Assembly (NCBI RefSeq): GCF_001194135.2
Contig: NC_068984.1
Location: 126,843,517 to 126,907,516 of the forward strand
Source: Octopus bimaculoides
Taxonomy: Eukaryota
DNA length: 64,000 bases
Reading direction: 5' to 3'
The first letter of the stretch is position 1. The number at the start of each line of letters is the position of its first letter. Positions 51,588 to 63,880 of the stretch are shown here, piece by piece. The notes beneath the pieces are model-generated. The model was not told the DNA's origin and made no database searches. It saw nothing but the letters and a program-made list of their open reading frames with translations. Both the position numbers and the translations under genes were made by a program.

Positions 51588-52028
51588 NNNNNNNNNNNNN
51601 NNNNNNNNNNNNNNNNNNNNNNNNNNNNNNNNNNNNNNNNNNNNNNNNNNNNNNNNNNNNNNNNNNNNNNNNNNNNNNNNNNNNNNNNNNNNNNNNNNNN
51701 NNNNNNNNNNNNNNNNNNNNNNNNNNNNNNNNNNNNNNNNNNNNNNNNNNNNNNNNNNNNNNNNNNNNNNNNNNNNNNNNNNNNNNNNNNNNNNNNNNNN
51801 NNNNNNNNNNNNNNNNNNNNNNNNNNNNNNNNNNNNNNNNNNNNNNNNNNNNNNNNNNNNNNNNNNNNNNNNNNNNNNNNNNNNNNNNNNNNNNNNNNNN
51901 NNNNNNNNNNNNNNNNNNNNNNNNNNNNNNNNNNNNNNNNNNNNNNNNNNNNNNNNNNNNNNNNNNNNNNNNNNNNNNNNNNNNNNNNNNNNNNNNNNNN
52001 NNNNNNNNNNNNNNNNNNNNNNNNNNNN

Positions 52029-52067
<39 letters not shown>

Positions 52068-52387
52068 CAGACAGATACACAGACACATATATCTTATACT
52101 GGTTTCAACCGTTGAGCTGTGGCCGTGTTAGGACATCCCCACTTCTAGGATATAGTTAATTATACTGATCCCAATACATATTTTATCGACCCCGGACAGA
52201 AAGTGAGAGAAGAGACTAGGATGGGATTTGAACTCAGAAAGGAAAAAAAGAACTGATTCTGCCATTCACTGCCCATATATTTGTATGTACGTACAGAAAC
52301 ATACACTTATTCAGACTCGCGCACACAGACATAAATATATACGATGATGAAGTATTCAAACAGGTGAAATGTCTGTCTGTCTGTTTG

Positions 52388-52441
<54 letters not shown>

Positions 52442-52684
52442 CATCTATCTATCTATCTATCTCTCTATCTATCTATCTGTCTGTCTATCTTTCTATCTAT
52501 CGGTCAATCGATCTCTCTGTGTATATATATGTGTGTGAATGTGCGAGCGTGTGTGTGGTATATGTTCACACGCACACTATGAAAGCCACATACACTCACG
52601 CACATACGCACCCAGAACACACACACATACATTTAGAGATAGTCTGAGGTTGTGGAAAGTAGGGTTTTCCTTGTGAGGTGACAG

Positions 52685-52718
<34 letters not shown>

Positions 52719-54990
52719 CACCTCCAACTACAACCACCACTGCCATCAATCCAATACGTTACCACCATCACAACTATATCACCACTACTACCATGACCAC
52801 CACCGCCAACACCACAACTACAATGACTACCACCACACAACCACCACTATTTGTGCTGCCACCACAACTACTACCAGTAGCACCACCACCCCATACACAG
52901 ACACGCGTTACCACTACTTCAATTATGACTACCCCTTGTATCAGCACCATTACTACCATCTATGCCACAGCCACTACCACCACTACTACCATCACCACGA
53001 CCTCACACACACACACTGCTACTACCACTGCTACTATCACCACCACAACACCACATACTATGACCACTAAACTACTAGCCTCACCTCACAACCATCAACA
53101 TCACAACGATAACCACCACTACCAATAAATACATCCTCTACAAACCACCTTAACGGACGCCACTACCACCACCACCAACAACAACAATACCACCAACCCC
53201 ACTACCACCACAACCACAACCACTATTATGACCTCCGTCACAATTAGAACCACTGCCGCCACCACCACTACCAACAACCACCATCACCACCAATACGACG
53301 ACCTCGAGCCAATGAGGAAATCTCTACGTAGTTCACTATGTCTGCAAGAAATAGCAGTCAAAGCTCCTTGAAGTTGCACACTGCTGACGTAAGAATGGAA
53401 GGCCGCATTATATAAAGTAGACCCGGATATATACAAAAGGCATGGTGGTCATGACCGGGTTTCTTTTGTTCATTGGTTTTCTCAGTATGGATTTACTTTG
53501 AGGTTAAACAACAAAACAGTAAATATATGAATGAATATCAATGGCAGTAGTATTCCCCCGAAAGCCGTGTGAGTGTGTGCGTGTGTGTGTGTATTTGTCT
53601 GAGTATGTTTATGGTATGAGTGCGTGTGTGTGTGTGTGTATGTTAATGAGAGAATGTGTGCGTGTATGTGTTTATGTGAGTTTATATGTTCTTAATGAGA
53701 ATGTGTGTGTATGCGCCTTAATGAAAGAGGATGTGTGTAAGTATGTGTGTGATTGTGTGTTATTAATGAATGTATATGAACGTGTATAATGTGTGTGTGT
53801 ACGCATATGCGTGGGAGGAAGCGAGAGAGGGAGAAGGGAGGGTAAGAGACAAAGTATGAATTAAATTAGTGTAAGTATCTATATGAGAAAGTGAGTGACA
53901 CAATGAATATATGTGTGTGTGTGTGTAGAAGTATGTGTGTATATGAATATATATGTATGAAGAAGAGAATGTGTGTAATTGAGCGTGAAATATACAGATA
54001 GAAAATGAAAGTGAAAGTTGTTGACATTGTTTCATGGCCTCAGGTCATCAGCAGAGATCGAGCAGACATACAATCAAAAAGCATTCCAGACGTGACCATC
54101 CTGACTTGCTCTGCAGCATATCATTTTTAATACAGTATCATGTGAATTGAAAAGGCTTTAGCTGTTATTTTTGGTGGGTCAAGTGATGACTGAGAGATTC
54201 CGTTGAGATTGCGTGTTTTTTTTTGTTACTCTTCCCTAATCAATTCAACCTGAGCAGACTTATGATAGAAGGAACTCCAAAAGTGACCATCTCATTGACT
54301 TTTTCCAGATGAAGGATGTTAGTTGAGAAAGTTTGATTTATGCGTATGCATATGTGTGTATTTTGCTCTCTCTCTCTCTCTCTCTCCCTTTCTATCTATC
54401 TATCTATAGATATGTGTGTGTGGTGTGTNNNNNNNNNNNNNNNNNNNNNNNNNNNNNNNNNNNNNNNNNNNNNNNNNNNNNNNNNNNNNNNNNNNNNNNN
54501 NNNNNNNNNNNNNNNNNNNNNNNNNNNNNNNNNNNNNNNNNNNNNNNNNNNNNNNNNNNNNNNNNNNNNNNNNNNNNNNNNNNNNNNNNNNNNNNNNNNN
54601 NNNNNNNNNNNNNNNNNNNNNNNNNNNNNNNNNNNNNNNNNNNNNNNNNNNNNNNNNNNNNNNNNNNNNNNNNNNNNNNNNNNNNNNNNNNNNNNNNNNN
54701 NNNNNNNNNNNNNNNNNNNNNNNNNNNNNNNNNNNNNNNNNNNNNNNNNNNNNNNNNNNNNNNNNNNNNNNNNNNNNNNNNNNNNNNNNNNNNNNNNNNN
54801 NNNNNNNNNNNNNNNNNNNNNNNNNNNNNNNNNNNNNNNNNNNNNNNNNNNNNNNNNNNNNNNNNNNNNNNNNNNNNNNNNNNNNNNNNNNNNNNNNNNN
54901 NNNNNNNNNNNNNNNNNNNNNNNNNNNNNNNNNNNNNNNNNNNNNNNNNNNNNNNNNNNNNNNNNNNNNNNNNNNNNNNNNNNNNNNNNN

Positions 54991-55052
<62 letters not shown>

Positions 55053-55469
55053 TGAGATGTGGGAGTAGAAAAGTCTATTGAAGTGTTTCAAAGAACACAG
55101 AGAACGACCGATCAAATTGTCAATGATAATTCATTCATGTGCTGTTAGTTCTCTCTACCTCCACAAGATGTCACTGTTGCATTACTCGGCTCCGTAAATA
55201 ATCATCGGAGTTGGACCCGTCTTACTTAGAGCAAATTTCAGTATTTCCCTCCACGTACATCGTCACCACTCATCCTAATGAATAATTTTCCCCCCTATTC
55301 TCATACATAGATATTCCATTCCATTCAATCTAATTTCGGCTTCAGTTGTCTATTGAAATACCTTTTATGTATAGCTGAAGAAGTGGCGGGTGACATTGGC
55401 TTTTAGATGAGTCGTATCTACAGATCGGTTTCAATTCCGTTTGATGTCGATTCACTTCAATTACACTGT

Positions 55470-56127
55470 CAGCGCTGGATTAAACATTACGCAAAATAAG
55501 CTCATGCTTACCACAGAAATGGAAAATGGTTTATGGCAGGGGTTTTCAAACTGTGGTCCGCGGACCACAGGGGGTCCGCAAGGACAAGACAGGGGGTCCG
55601 TGGGAAGCAAGTACTTTTTATGAGCAATTTGATTTTATATATGTTTTTTAATCGAAATCTTTTAATTGACAATAGACCTATTTGTGAAATACTGTTAAAT
55701 AAATAAATGTAAAAATATATGTTATTTTAAGCAAATATTTATGTATAAATTTCAAAAGCCTGAAATATAAAGGGGTCCGCAAGTCAAAACGTTTGAAAAC
55801 CCCTGGTTTATGGCACAAAAACAAATCTCTTTAAACTTGCTAAAATAAATATTTGGGATGCCTTATCTCTTCTAAGAATAGAAGCGGATGTGTTACGTAA
55901 GATTAATTTTGAGGATCTGATCAAAGACTCTGCAATTAAAAAAGTAGGAGAAAACTTTTAAAATCTAAATAAACTTGAAGTATACAAAATAGACATTTTC
56001 TTCCATTTTACTGTTAGTTTTGTTACATTTTGAAAAAAAAAAATTATATTATGGTTTATTATTGTTTATATTTTGAATTAGAAATACATATGGGGACAGG
56101 GCTTCTAAGGGTCTTAATCCGGCCCTG
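55470..56127 (+). mobile_element. Non-autonomous hAT element (Tip100/Ac-like TIR), copy 1, with transposase C-terminal remnant and nested MITE
   Basis: TIRs CAGCGCTGGATT / AATCCGGCCCTG; 8-bp TSD TACACTGT / TATACTGT. 55857-55961 translates DALSLLRIEADVLRKINFEDLIKDSAIKK (hAT dimerisation-domain tail). Confidence 0.85.
55537..55805. mobile_element. 269-bp hAT (Charlie/Buster-like) MITE
   Basis: Perfect 15-bp TIR CAGGGGTTTTCAAAC; perfect 8-bp TSD GTTTATGG (55529-55536, 55806-55813); subterminal GGGGTCCG repeats. Confidence 0.95.
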
Positions 56128-56649
56128 TATACTGTTACTGAGCATAGGAAAGGTATGAATGCTATATAATCACACCTCATTCCACGTACTTTTGGTCATT
56201 GTGGTCATACATACACACATGCATGTATGCACGAACGCACACACACACACACACACACACATACACACACACCGTGAGGTTTTCCAAATATTTCAATGGA
56301 TCCACCATTAGTCGTCTAATCTGCGAAAAATCCAAAATCCAAATAAATGTTGGATAGTCATTATCCTGATTAAATTAAAATGCCTGTATGTACATAAATG
56401 CGGGAACGAAATTTGCTTAGTGGGTTCAAACCCAGGTCCAACCCAGGATGTTTAAAAGCGTTTCATTGCCCCACAGAAATTTTAGGGAGTGCACTTGCAC
56501 CCCTGCACCCACTGTCCCGGGCCTATGTGCCCGTTTGCTTCTGTTTTTAATAATTTGAAGACTTCCTGTAAAGTAAGAGTTGGTTTCTAACAAAGACACA
56601 AAGCTGCATCGTTGGAATGTAGATGACAAAAGCAATGTCACAGTTTGAA

Positions 56650-56907
56650 TTCGCGAAAAGTCTTACATATTTTTACTGTTCTACTTATCCTGCTGTCGAA
56701 ATGCTAAGTTACGCGAACGTAAACAAACCGACATCGACTGTAAAGCGGTGGGATAGGAATGACACACATACATACACACATACACGCCTACCAAATTCAG
56801 TCACAAGGCCATAGTAGAAGACACTTGCGCAAGGTATCATGCACTGGGACTGAACCCGAAACAACGTGGTCACAAAACGAGCTTCTTAACCACACATCCA
56901 CAACTGC
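56650..56907 (-). mobile_element. SINE family A (minus strand), decayed
   Basis: CCATAGTAGAAGACACTTGCGCAAGG..GGGACTGAACCCG..GCTTCTTAACCACAC is the reverse complement of the A head. Confidence 0.7.
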
Positions 56908-56924
56908 TCTTATATATATGTGTG

Positions 56925-57135
56925 CTGAGACCCCCTTCGGTCATGACTGACCATGGGATTGCACATAGAAAGTTACCCTCTCTGGCACAAATCCGGGCAA
57001 GGTTGTTTATGGAAGACCAGCAGTCGCCCATGCATACCGCCCCCCCCTTTCCACGCCACCAGTGTTATCCAGGGGAAAGGCAAAGGTCGATACAGCTTGG
57101 CACCTGTGACGTTGCAACTCATTTCTACTAATGCC
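56925..57135 (-). repeat. GC-rich segment suspected to be another retroposon
   Basis: Composition shift, and resemblance to an octopus dispersed repeat recalled from memory; single copy here, so not verifiable in-window. Confidence 0.3.
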
Positions 57136-57518
57136 TGTGTCGGGAGATTTTATTTATTCTCACATTTTTCCTTAGTATTTTGGAAAATTCCAAACAGTTA
57201 ACATGGTGCCTCGTAGTACGTGGCGTTCTACGTGACTAACCGAGTTACCAGTACCTTCATCTGGTCCTCTGAACATCACAGCTTCCCATCACCAATTGTC
57301 AGTAGTGCAGTAGGCGGGGATGCGAGCGGACGGTCCATTTCGGTCGACGCTTTGGGGTCTGCTGTATAAATATGCATAAGCTTGGAGTCGGCACTGGATT
57401 AACCATTAAGCAAAATAAGGGCATCACAGAGATGGTAAATGGTTTATGACACAAAAGAAATCATTTTAAACTTCCTAAAATAATATTCAGGATGCTTTAT
57501 CTCTACAAAGTATAGAAT

Positions 57519-57683
57519 AGGCGTAGGAGTGGCTGTGTGCTTGCTTACCAACCACATGGTCCCGGGTTCAGTCCCACTGCGTGGCATCTTGGGCAAGTGC
57601 CTTCTACTATAGCCTCGGGCCGACCAAAGCCTTGTGAGTGGATTTGGTAGACGGAAACTGAAAGAAGCCCGTCGTATATATGT

Positions 57684-57727
<44 letters not shown>

Positions 57728-57834
57728 ATGCGTTTGTGTGTCTGTGTTTGTGCCCCCAACATCGCTTGACAACCGATGCTGGTGTGTTTATGTCCCCGTA
57801 ACTTAGTAGTTCGGCAAAAGAGACTGATAGAATA
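57519..57834 (+). mobile_element. SINE family A nested in hAT element copy 2
   Basis: Near-consensus A copy. It interrupts hAT sequence that is continuous in copy 1 (55850-55880). Confidence 0.9.
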
Positions 57835-58103
57835 NNNNNNNNNNNNNNNNNNNNNNNNNNNNNNNNNNNNNNNNNNNNNNNNNNNNNNNNNNNNNNNNNN
57901 NNNNNNNNNNNNNNNNNNNNNNNNNNNNNNNNNNNNNNNNNNNNNNNNNNNNNNNNNNNNNNNNNNNNNNNNNNNNNNNNNNNNNNNNNNNNNNNNNNNN
58001 NNNNNNNNNNNNNNNNNNNNNNNNNNNNNNNNNNNNNNNNNNNNNNNNNNNNNNNNNNNNNNNNNNNNNNNNNNNNNNNTTATTATTGTTTATATTTTGA
58101 ATT

Positions 58104-58482
58104 GGAGACGCAATGGCCCAGTTGTTAGGGCAGCGGACTCGCGATCATAGGATCGCGGTTTCGATTCCCAGACCGGGCGTTGTGAGTGTTTCTTGAGCGA
58201 AAACACCTAAAGCCCCACGAGGCTCCGGCAGGGGATGGTGGCGAACGCTGCTGTACTCTTTCACCACAACTTTCTCTCACTCTTACTTCCTGTTTCTGTT
58301 GTGCCTGTAATTCAAAGGGTCAGCTTTGTCACACTGTGTCACGCTGAATATCCCCGAGAACTACGTTAAGGGTACACGTGTCTGTGGAGTGCTCAGCCCC
58401 TTGCACGTTAATTTCACGAGCAGGCTGTTCCGTTGACGGATCAACTGGAACCCTCAACGTCGTAAGCGACGGAGTGCCAACA
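58104..58482 (+). mobile_element. SINE family B nested in hAT copy 2, 12-bp TSD
   Basis: TSD ATATTTTGAATT at 58092-58103 and 58483-58494. The empty site is visible in hAT copy 1 near 56068-56079. Confidence 0.93.
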
Positions 58483-59248
58483 ATATTTTGAATTATATAT
58501 ATATATATATATTAAGTGCTTAGGGCCTCTGTGAGTCTTAATCCGGTCCTGCTTGGAGTCAAGGGATGGTGGCAAATCTAAAGGCTTTTGTTACGTCACT
58601 TTAGTAATGTTACTGCCAGTCGCTAACAAGTAGGTGAAACAGAATCGTCGTGTATAACTTCTTTACCATTGGAGACCTTTAACCATTCGTAAGTGAATAC
58701 AAGTCTCAACTAGTCAATGGGGAAGGGGATGTCGGAAGATCGACCGTTTCTTTAGTCAATAAGGATACATTAATCAATAAGGATAGATACGAATATATTG
58801 GTTCTTTAACCAATAGATCATTGCTAAAACATGTTGACCACCATAAAAATATATTCTTTGAATCAATAAATAATGAGTTATAGTCTCTTTGATGTTGTTG
58901 TTCTGTGTATGAGCGCATGCGCATTTGTGTGCATGTAATGTATGTATGTATACATATAAAGAGAGAGAGTGAGACAGAGAGACAGACAGACAGATATTTA
59001 CATACACACACACACATATATATATAGATAATAGATATTTACACACACACACACACATACGTATATACATATATATGTATGTATGTATAGGTGTATGTAT
59101 GCATGCGTTTATGTGTGTTCAGTGTATATGTGTGAGAGAGAGGGGGGATAAAGTATGTGTGTGGTTCAATAAGTACTCGACCTAAAGGATAAATTAATCA
59201 ATGAATAAATATATATTCACATTATATGAAGTTCAACATTAACTCTGT

Positions 59249-59300
<52 letters not shown>

Positions 59301-59820
59301 NNNNNNNNNNTGTGTGTGTGTGTGTGTGTGTGTATGTGTGTGTGCGCGAGCATCGTTTCTGTCTACAGCCACCACAACTGTCAATACATTTCTTCCAGCG
59401 AAATCCAAGATCTGAAAAGACATTTTCACAAGAATCGTGTCTGCTGCTGTCAAAGAACTACTGAGCTTTTATTACGTGCTTAAAATTATCTTCGTTTCCT
59501 TCCCAAATATGTCCTGGTCAATAAATGCTTTACAGTAACAAAACCTTCCAAATTCGCTGGGAACGACGCTTGAAGCTGTACAGTGACAATGGGGCGGCTA
59601 GAATGTGTACCCCTGTCCCACTTCTATCTTTACACAGGTTTATACGACAGACTCAAGAGTGCCATCTTCGTAAAAGCGCCGCACGGAATTTACCGCCCTT
59701 ATCACCCGCTCGCCACTGACTTCGTTGTGGATGTGAGAACACAACGACGTCAGCAGCTTCAATAATTGTGTGCAAGGGAGACATGGTCGTGAAGTTATTA
59801 GTGTTATAAGTATGAAGACT

Positions 59821-60138
59821 TGTGGAGGCGCAATGGCCTAGTGGTTAGGGCAGCGGACTCGCGGTTTCAATTCCCAGACCGGGCGTTGTGAGTGTTTATT
59901 GAGCGAAAACACCTAAAGCTCCACGAGGCTCCGGCAGGGGATGGTGGTGAACCCTACTGTACTCTTTCACCACAACTTTCTCTCACTCTTTCTTCCTGTT
60001 TCTGTTGTGCCTGTATTTCAAAGGGTCAACCTTGTCACACTGTGTCACGCTTAATCTTCCCGAGAACTACGTTAAGGGTACACGTGTCTGTGGTGTGCTC
60101 AGCCCCTTGCACGTTAATTTCACGAGCAGGCTGTTCCG
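59821..60138 (+). mobile_element. SINE family B, 3'-truncated, small deletion in head; followed by an older B-related body (60139-60330)
   Basis: Deletion between the two GCGG direct repeats of the head. The downstream piece resembles 22860-23152. Confidence 0.85.
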
Positions 60139-60344
60139 GAGTGCACGTTGTGTACTTGAGCAAGGGTACTTTATTTCATGTTGCTCCAGTCCACTCTGCT
60201 GACAAAATTGAGTTGTACTTGTAATTCAAAAAGCCAGCCTTGTCACATTGTATATCTTGCTGAATCTCCCTGAGAACTACGTTAAGAGTACTCAGCGGAT
60301 TGCTCAGCCACTTGCATATTAATTTCGCGATCTTTCTTATATCG

Positions 60345-60720
60345 TCTTTATCTTTTATCTTTTACTGATCTCAGCCATTAGATTGCGGCCATGCTACTGC
60401 ACTGCCTTGAAGAGTTTTAGTCGAACAAATCGATCTGTCTTCATGCATTTAAACAATTTTTTTGAAGCTTGGTACTAATTTTATTGGTCTCTTTTACTGA
60501 ACCACCAAGTTATGGGAACATAAACAAAGTAACACAGGTTGTCAAGTGATGNNNNNNNNNNTATATACGACAGGCTTCCACACAGTTACCGAGAACAAAT
60601 TCACTCCTAAGGCAATTGTCGGCCCGGGGTTATTGTGGAAGACAATGAAAGTGCCGCGCGGTGGCACTGAACCCGAGACTACGTGGATACAAAACGAGCT
60701 TCTTAACTACAAGACTATGT
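60345..60720 (-). mobile_element. SINE family A (minus strand)
   Basis: Reverse complement of the A tail (TTGCGGCCATGCT..CACTGCCTTGAAG, 60380-60410) and of the head (60565-60715). Confidence 0.7.
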
Positions 60721-61083
60721 CTCTTAATTTCTGGGACGTAAAAGGACAATGGAATTTCAGCTTATTGTGTATTTGATTATAAAAAAAAAGTAGCCGTTTA
60801 ATTGTGCTTGATTTGCAAACAGTTAGCAAAACAGTTCATAAATCGATTCATAGTTTCGCCTGTTAAAAAAGTCGGCCGTGACCATAACTTTTTTTATATC
60901 AACACCTTAGATAAGATTATAACTGTGCCAACATTAACACGGAGTTGCTTTCACAGTAATTAAACACCAATTCGTTGCTCTTTAACCACGATACTTGTGA
61001 AAGAATCTTATATAGTTTTCTGAATTTCTTGGACGTCAGCCGAACTGTTTATTCATCAGTCACGAATTTTCTTCATTCTTTAA

Positions 61084-61303
61084 CACTTTAGCATTTAAAC
61101 CAGCCATATCTGTCCAAATTATTCTATCTATTTTATGTTCAAACTGGCCAGATCTGACCTCTCACACCTACCCTACAATGTCATTCTATGACTATACAGT
61201 CACATCATTGAAATCTCAAAGCTAAAAGAACATACATGAGTACTTTAAAACAATGTGAAAATGTACGTATTACAGTTGACAAAATAATTTGAATGGTAGA
61301 GAG
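61084..61303. mobile_element. piggyBac-like MITE
   Basis: Flanked by TTAA on both sides; degenerate TIRs CACTTTAGCATTT / GAATGGTAGAGAG. Confidence 0.5.
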
Positions 61304-61471
61304 TTAAACTCCTTAACCCAATAGCGTAGACAGTGTATGCAGCTTGGGGTAGCCCAAGTACTTACCACCGAGTCCCCAGACCTATTACATACAGCAGACC
61401 CAAAAATGCTTGCTAATTAAAAGCGTCGCCTGAGCCAACTGCCCCTGGCACCGGCGAGTTACACTAATATA

Positions 61472-61688
61472 CGAGTGGGTGCTGAAAAGTTCCTAGTTTT
61501 AAGGAAGTCGCAAAAGGCCTGGTTGGAGGCCCAACCTTCCAAGTTCTTTTACAGGGCTTAGAAAAACTGAAGGACCGCTGCAATAAATGTGTGAATCCGA
61601 GAGGGGAATATGTTGAATAAAATCATAATTAACTGATCCTCCTGTATTTTCTTTTACCGAAAGCCAGGAACTTTTCAGCGTCCCCTCG
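61472..61688 (+). mobile_element. Mariner-derived MITE with transposase C-terminal remnant
   Basis: TA-flanked 29-bp TIRs (24/29 match) CGAGTGGGTGCTGAAAAGTTCCT..; internal LQGLEKLKDRCNKCVNPRGEYVE* is a mariner C-terminus. Confidence 0.88.
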
Positions 61689-61699
61689 TATATTTCACA

Positions 61700-61880
61700 A
61701 TTGTATGTGATGGGGATATCTTCTTTGTATGTTCGTTGGAGCTCTCGAAAGATTTCTTTCGCCGAATTCGTGTTTTGGCCTTAGAATCAAATTCTTGATA
61801 ATGCTTTGATATTTCGCAGCTTCTATTGAAATCTATAAATACGTCAATGTTAGATAAACAAACAGTGATGCATTGAAACA
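61700..61880 (-). mobile_element. Possible hAT transposase fragment
   Basis: SCEISKHYQEFDSKAKTRIRRKKSFE resembles the RIRRKKxxFD segment of ZMYM-type hAT transposases; short. Confidence 0.35.
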
Positions 61881-61934
61881 ATGATTTATTATGGTATATC
61901 TGTATGTATGTATGTATGTATGTATGTATGTATG

Positions 61935-61978
<44 letters not shown>

Positions 61979-62732
61979 NNNNNNNNNNNNNNNNNNNNNN
62001 NNNNNNNNNNNNNNNNNNNNNNNNNNNNNNNNNNNNNNNNNNNNNNNNNNNNNNNNNNNNNNNNNNNNNNNNNNNNNNNNNNNNNNNNNNNNNNNNNNNN
62101 NNNNNNNNNNNNNNNNNNNNNNNNNNNNNNNNNNNNNNNNNNNNNNNNNNNNNNNNNNNNNNNNNNNNNNNNNNNNNNNNNNNNNNNNNNNNNNNNNNNN
62201 NNNNNNNNNNNNNNNNNNNNNNNNNNNNNNNNNNNNNNNNNNNNNNNNNNNNNNNNNNNNNNNNNNNNNNNNNNNNNNNNNNNNNNNNNNNNNNNNNNNN
62301 NNNNNNNNNNNNNNNNNNNNNNNNNNNNNNNNNNNNNNNNNNNNNNNNNNNNNNNNNNNNNNNNNNNNNNNNNNNNNNNNNNNNNNNNNNNNNNNNNNNN
62401 NNNNNNNNNNNNNNNNNNNNNNNNNNTATATGCATATCTTCACTGAGTGTGTTTGCACTTATTTTCTGTATGTATGATTTTTTTATAATGGATGTGTGGG
62501 CGTGTTTGTGTGTGTGTTTGTTCACTGTGTATATATATTTTGTGCAAGTAATTTGATGACGTGAGTGTTACTTGTACTTGCGTATGTGTACACACCAATC
62601 AATAAATCAATCTATCCATCTATCTACCTACTTACCTATTTATTTATCTGTAAGTCTCTCTGTATCTACCTAATTATTGCCGGTCTTTCTTCAAATCTAT
62701 CTATCTATCTATCTAGCAATCTATCTACCTAC

Positions 62733-62795
<63 letters not shown>

Positions 62796-63560
62796 GTTAA
62801 CCTACAATATGAATAAATCCATATATATTTACATTCATATACACTATACACAGTTATGTGTGTGTGTTTGCGCGCGCGTGTGTGTAGGACCGATTTTAAG
62901 CCAATTAAAATTCAAATTGAGCCCCGCGCCAAGAGAGCTCCACCTCCCACCGCGCCGAGAGACGGCCCCACATACACGATCGAGCGGAGGACACTTTGAT
63001 GAATTTTTGGTTTATCATTGTGGTTAATGGTAGAGCCTCAACTCTTTTTGCCTAGGACTGGCGTACTACATTAAGCATAAAACATCAATCTTCAACTTTT
63101 GTAGAGTAGAAGACCCCAGACTTCCTAGCACCGGCCCTAGTGTGTCTGTGTTTCTGTGGGGCGGGGGGTGGGGTGTATATAGCTTTGCTTTAACCCCTAC
63201 ACACACTTTCAAGCGTTCCTCTAATGTATGCGCATTAATTGGGTGAAATAACGTCCCCTGTATATGTTCCGGTACTACAACAAATACAATAGTTTAACAC
63301 CCTCTTAAAGTTTAGTCCTTTTCTGTCAATAAGAGAAAGGGTTGTTACCCATAATCTGTTCATATCCTTCTAGACAAACAAGAGGAACTCATCGCATAAA
63401 GTCAAATTTGAAATCACCCGTGAACGTAGTTTCTAAAAATCTACATGTATGAAATACATAAGACCTAACTACTAAATTAATATAATTAGCATGAATTTTA
63501 ATTTGTAAAATTAAAGATTCGTTATTTTTCTCTGCCCAGATGCAAAGACTAGCAATTCAT

Positions 63561-63880
63561 CAGGGCCGGATTGAAACTCATAGAGGCCCTACGCACTTAA
63601 AAGATTTTGGTAAGCCCATATATATGTAATTCAAAATATAAACGATAATAAACCATAAAAGAAATTTTCATTTTTCAAACTGAAGCAAAACTAGCAGTAC
63701 GATGGGAAATAATATTCATTTTTGTATACTTCCAACTTATATTTGAAAAGACTTTTCTTTTTTTATAATTGCAAAGTCTTTGATCAGATCCTCTCTATGA
63801 TACTGTGAACACTTCGAAATTATATTTCCGATTATATAAACCATTTCGAATATTATTTTAGGAAGCTTAAAGTGATTTCG
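63561..63880 (-). mobile_element. Same hAT family, copy 3 (one terminus only)
   Basis: CAGGGCCGGATT at 63561; minus strand EDLIKDFAIIKK and GAAATCACTTTAAGCTTCCTAAAATAATATTC are shared with copies 1 and 2. Confidence 0.75.

Larger units (their letters stand above)
57389..58551 (+). mobile_element. Same hAT family, copy 2, containing nested SINE A and SINE B
   Basis: TIRs CGGCACTGGATT / AATCCGGTCCTG; perfect 8-bp TSD CTTGGAGT (57381-57388, 58552-58559); internal homology to copy 1. Confidence 0.9.

Noticed and set aside
8348-63027. Numerous 60-400 aa ORFs in the supplied track (poly-YI, HT, CV, poly-H/D/M, or X-rich)
   Set aside because: They are translations of microsatellites or N-gaps, with no domain content or splice support.
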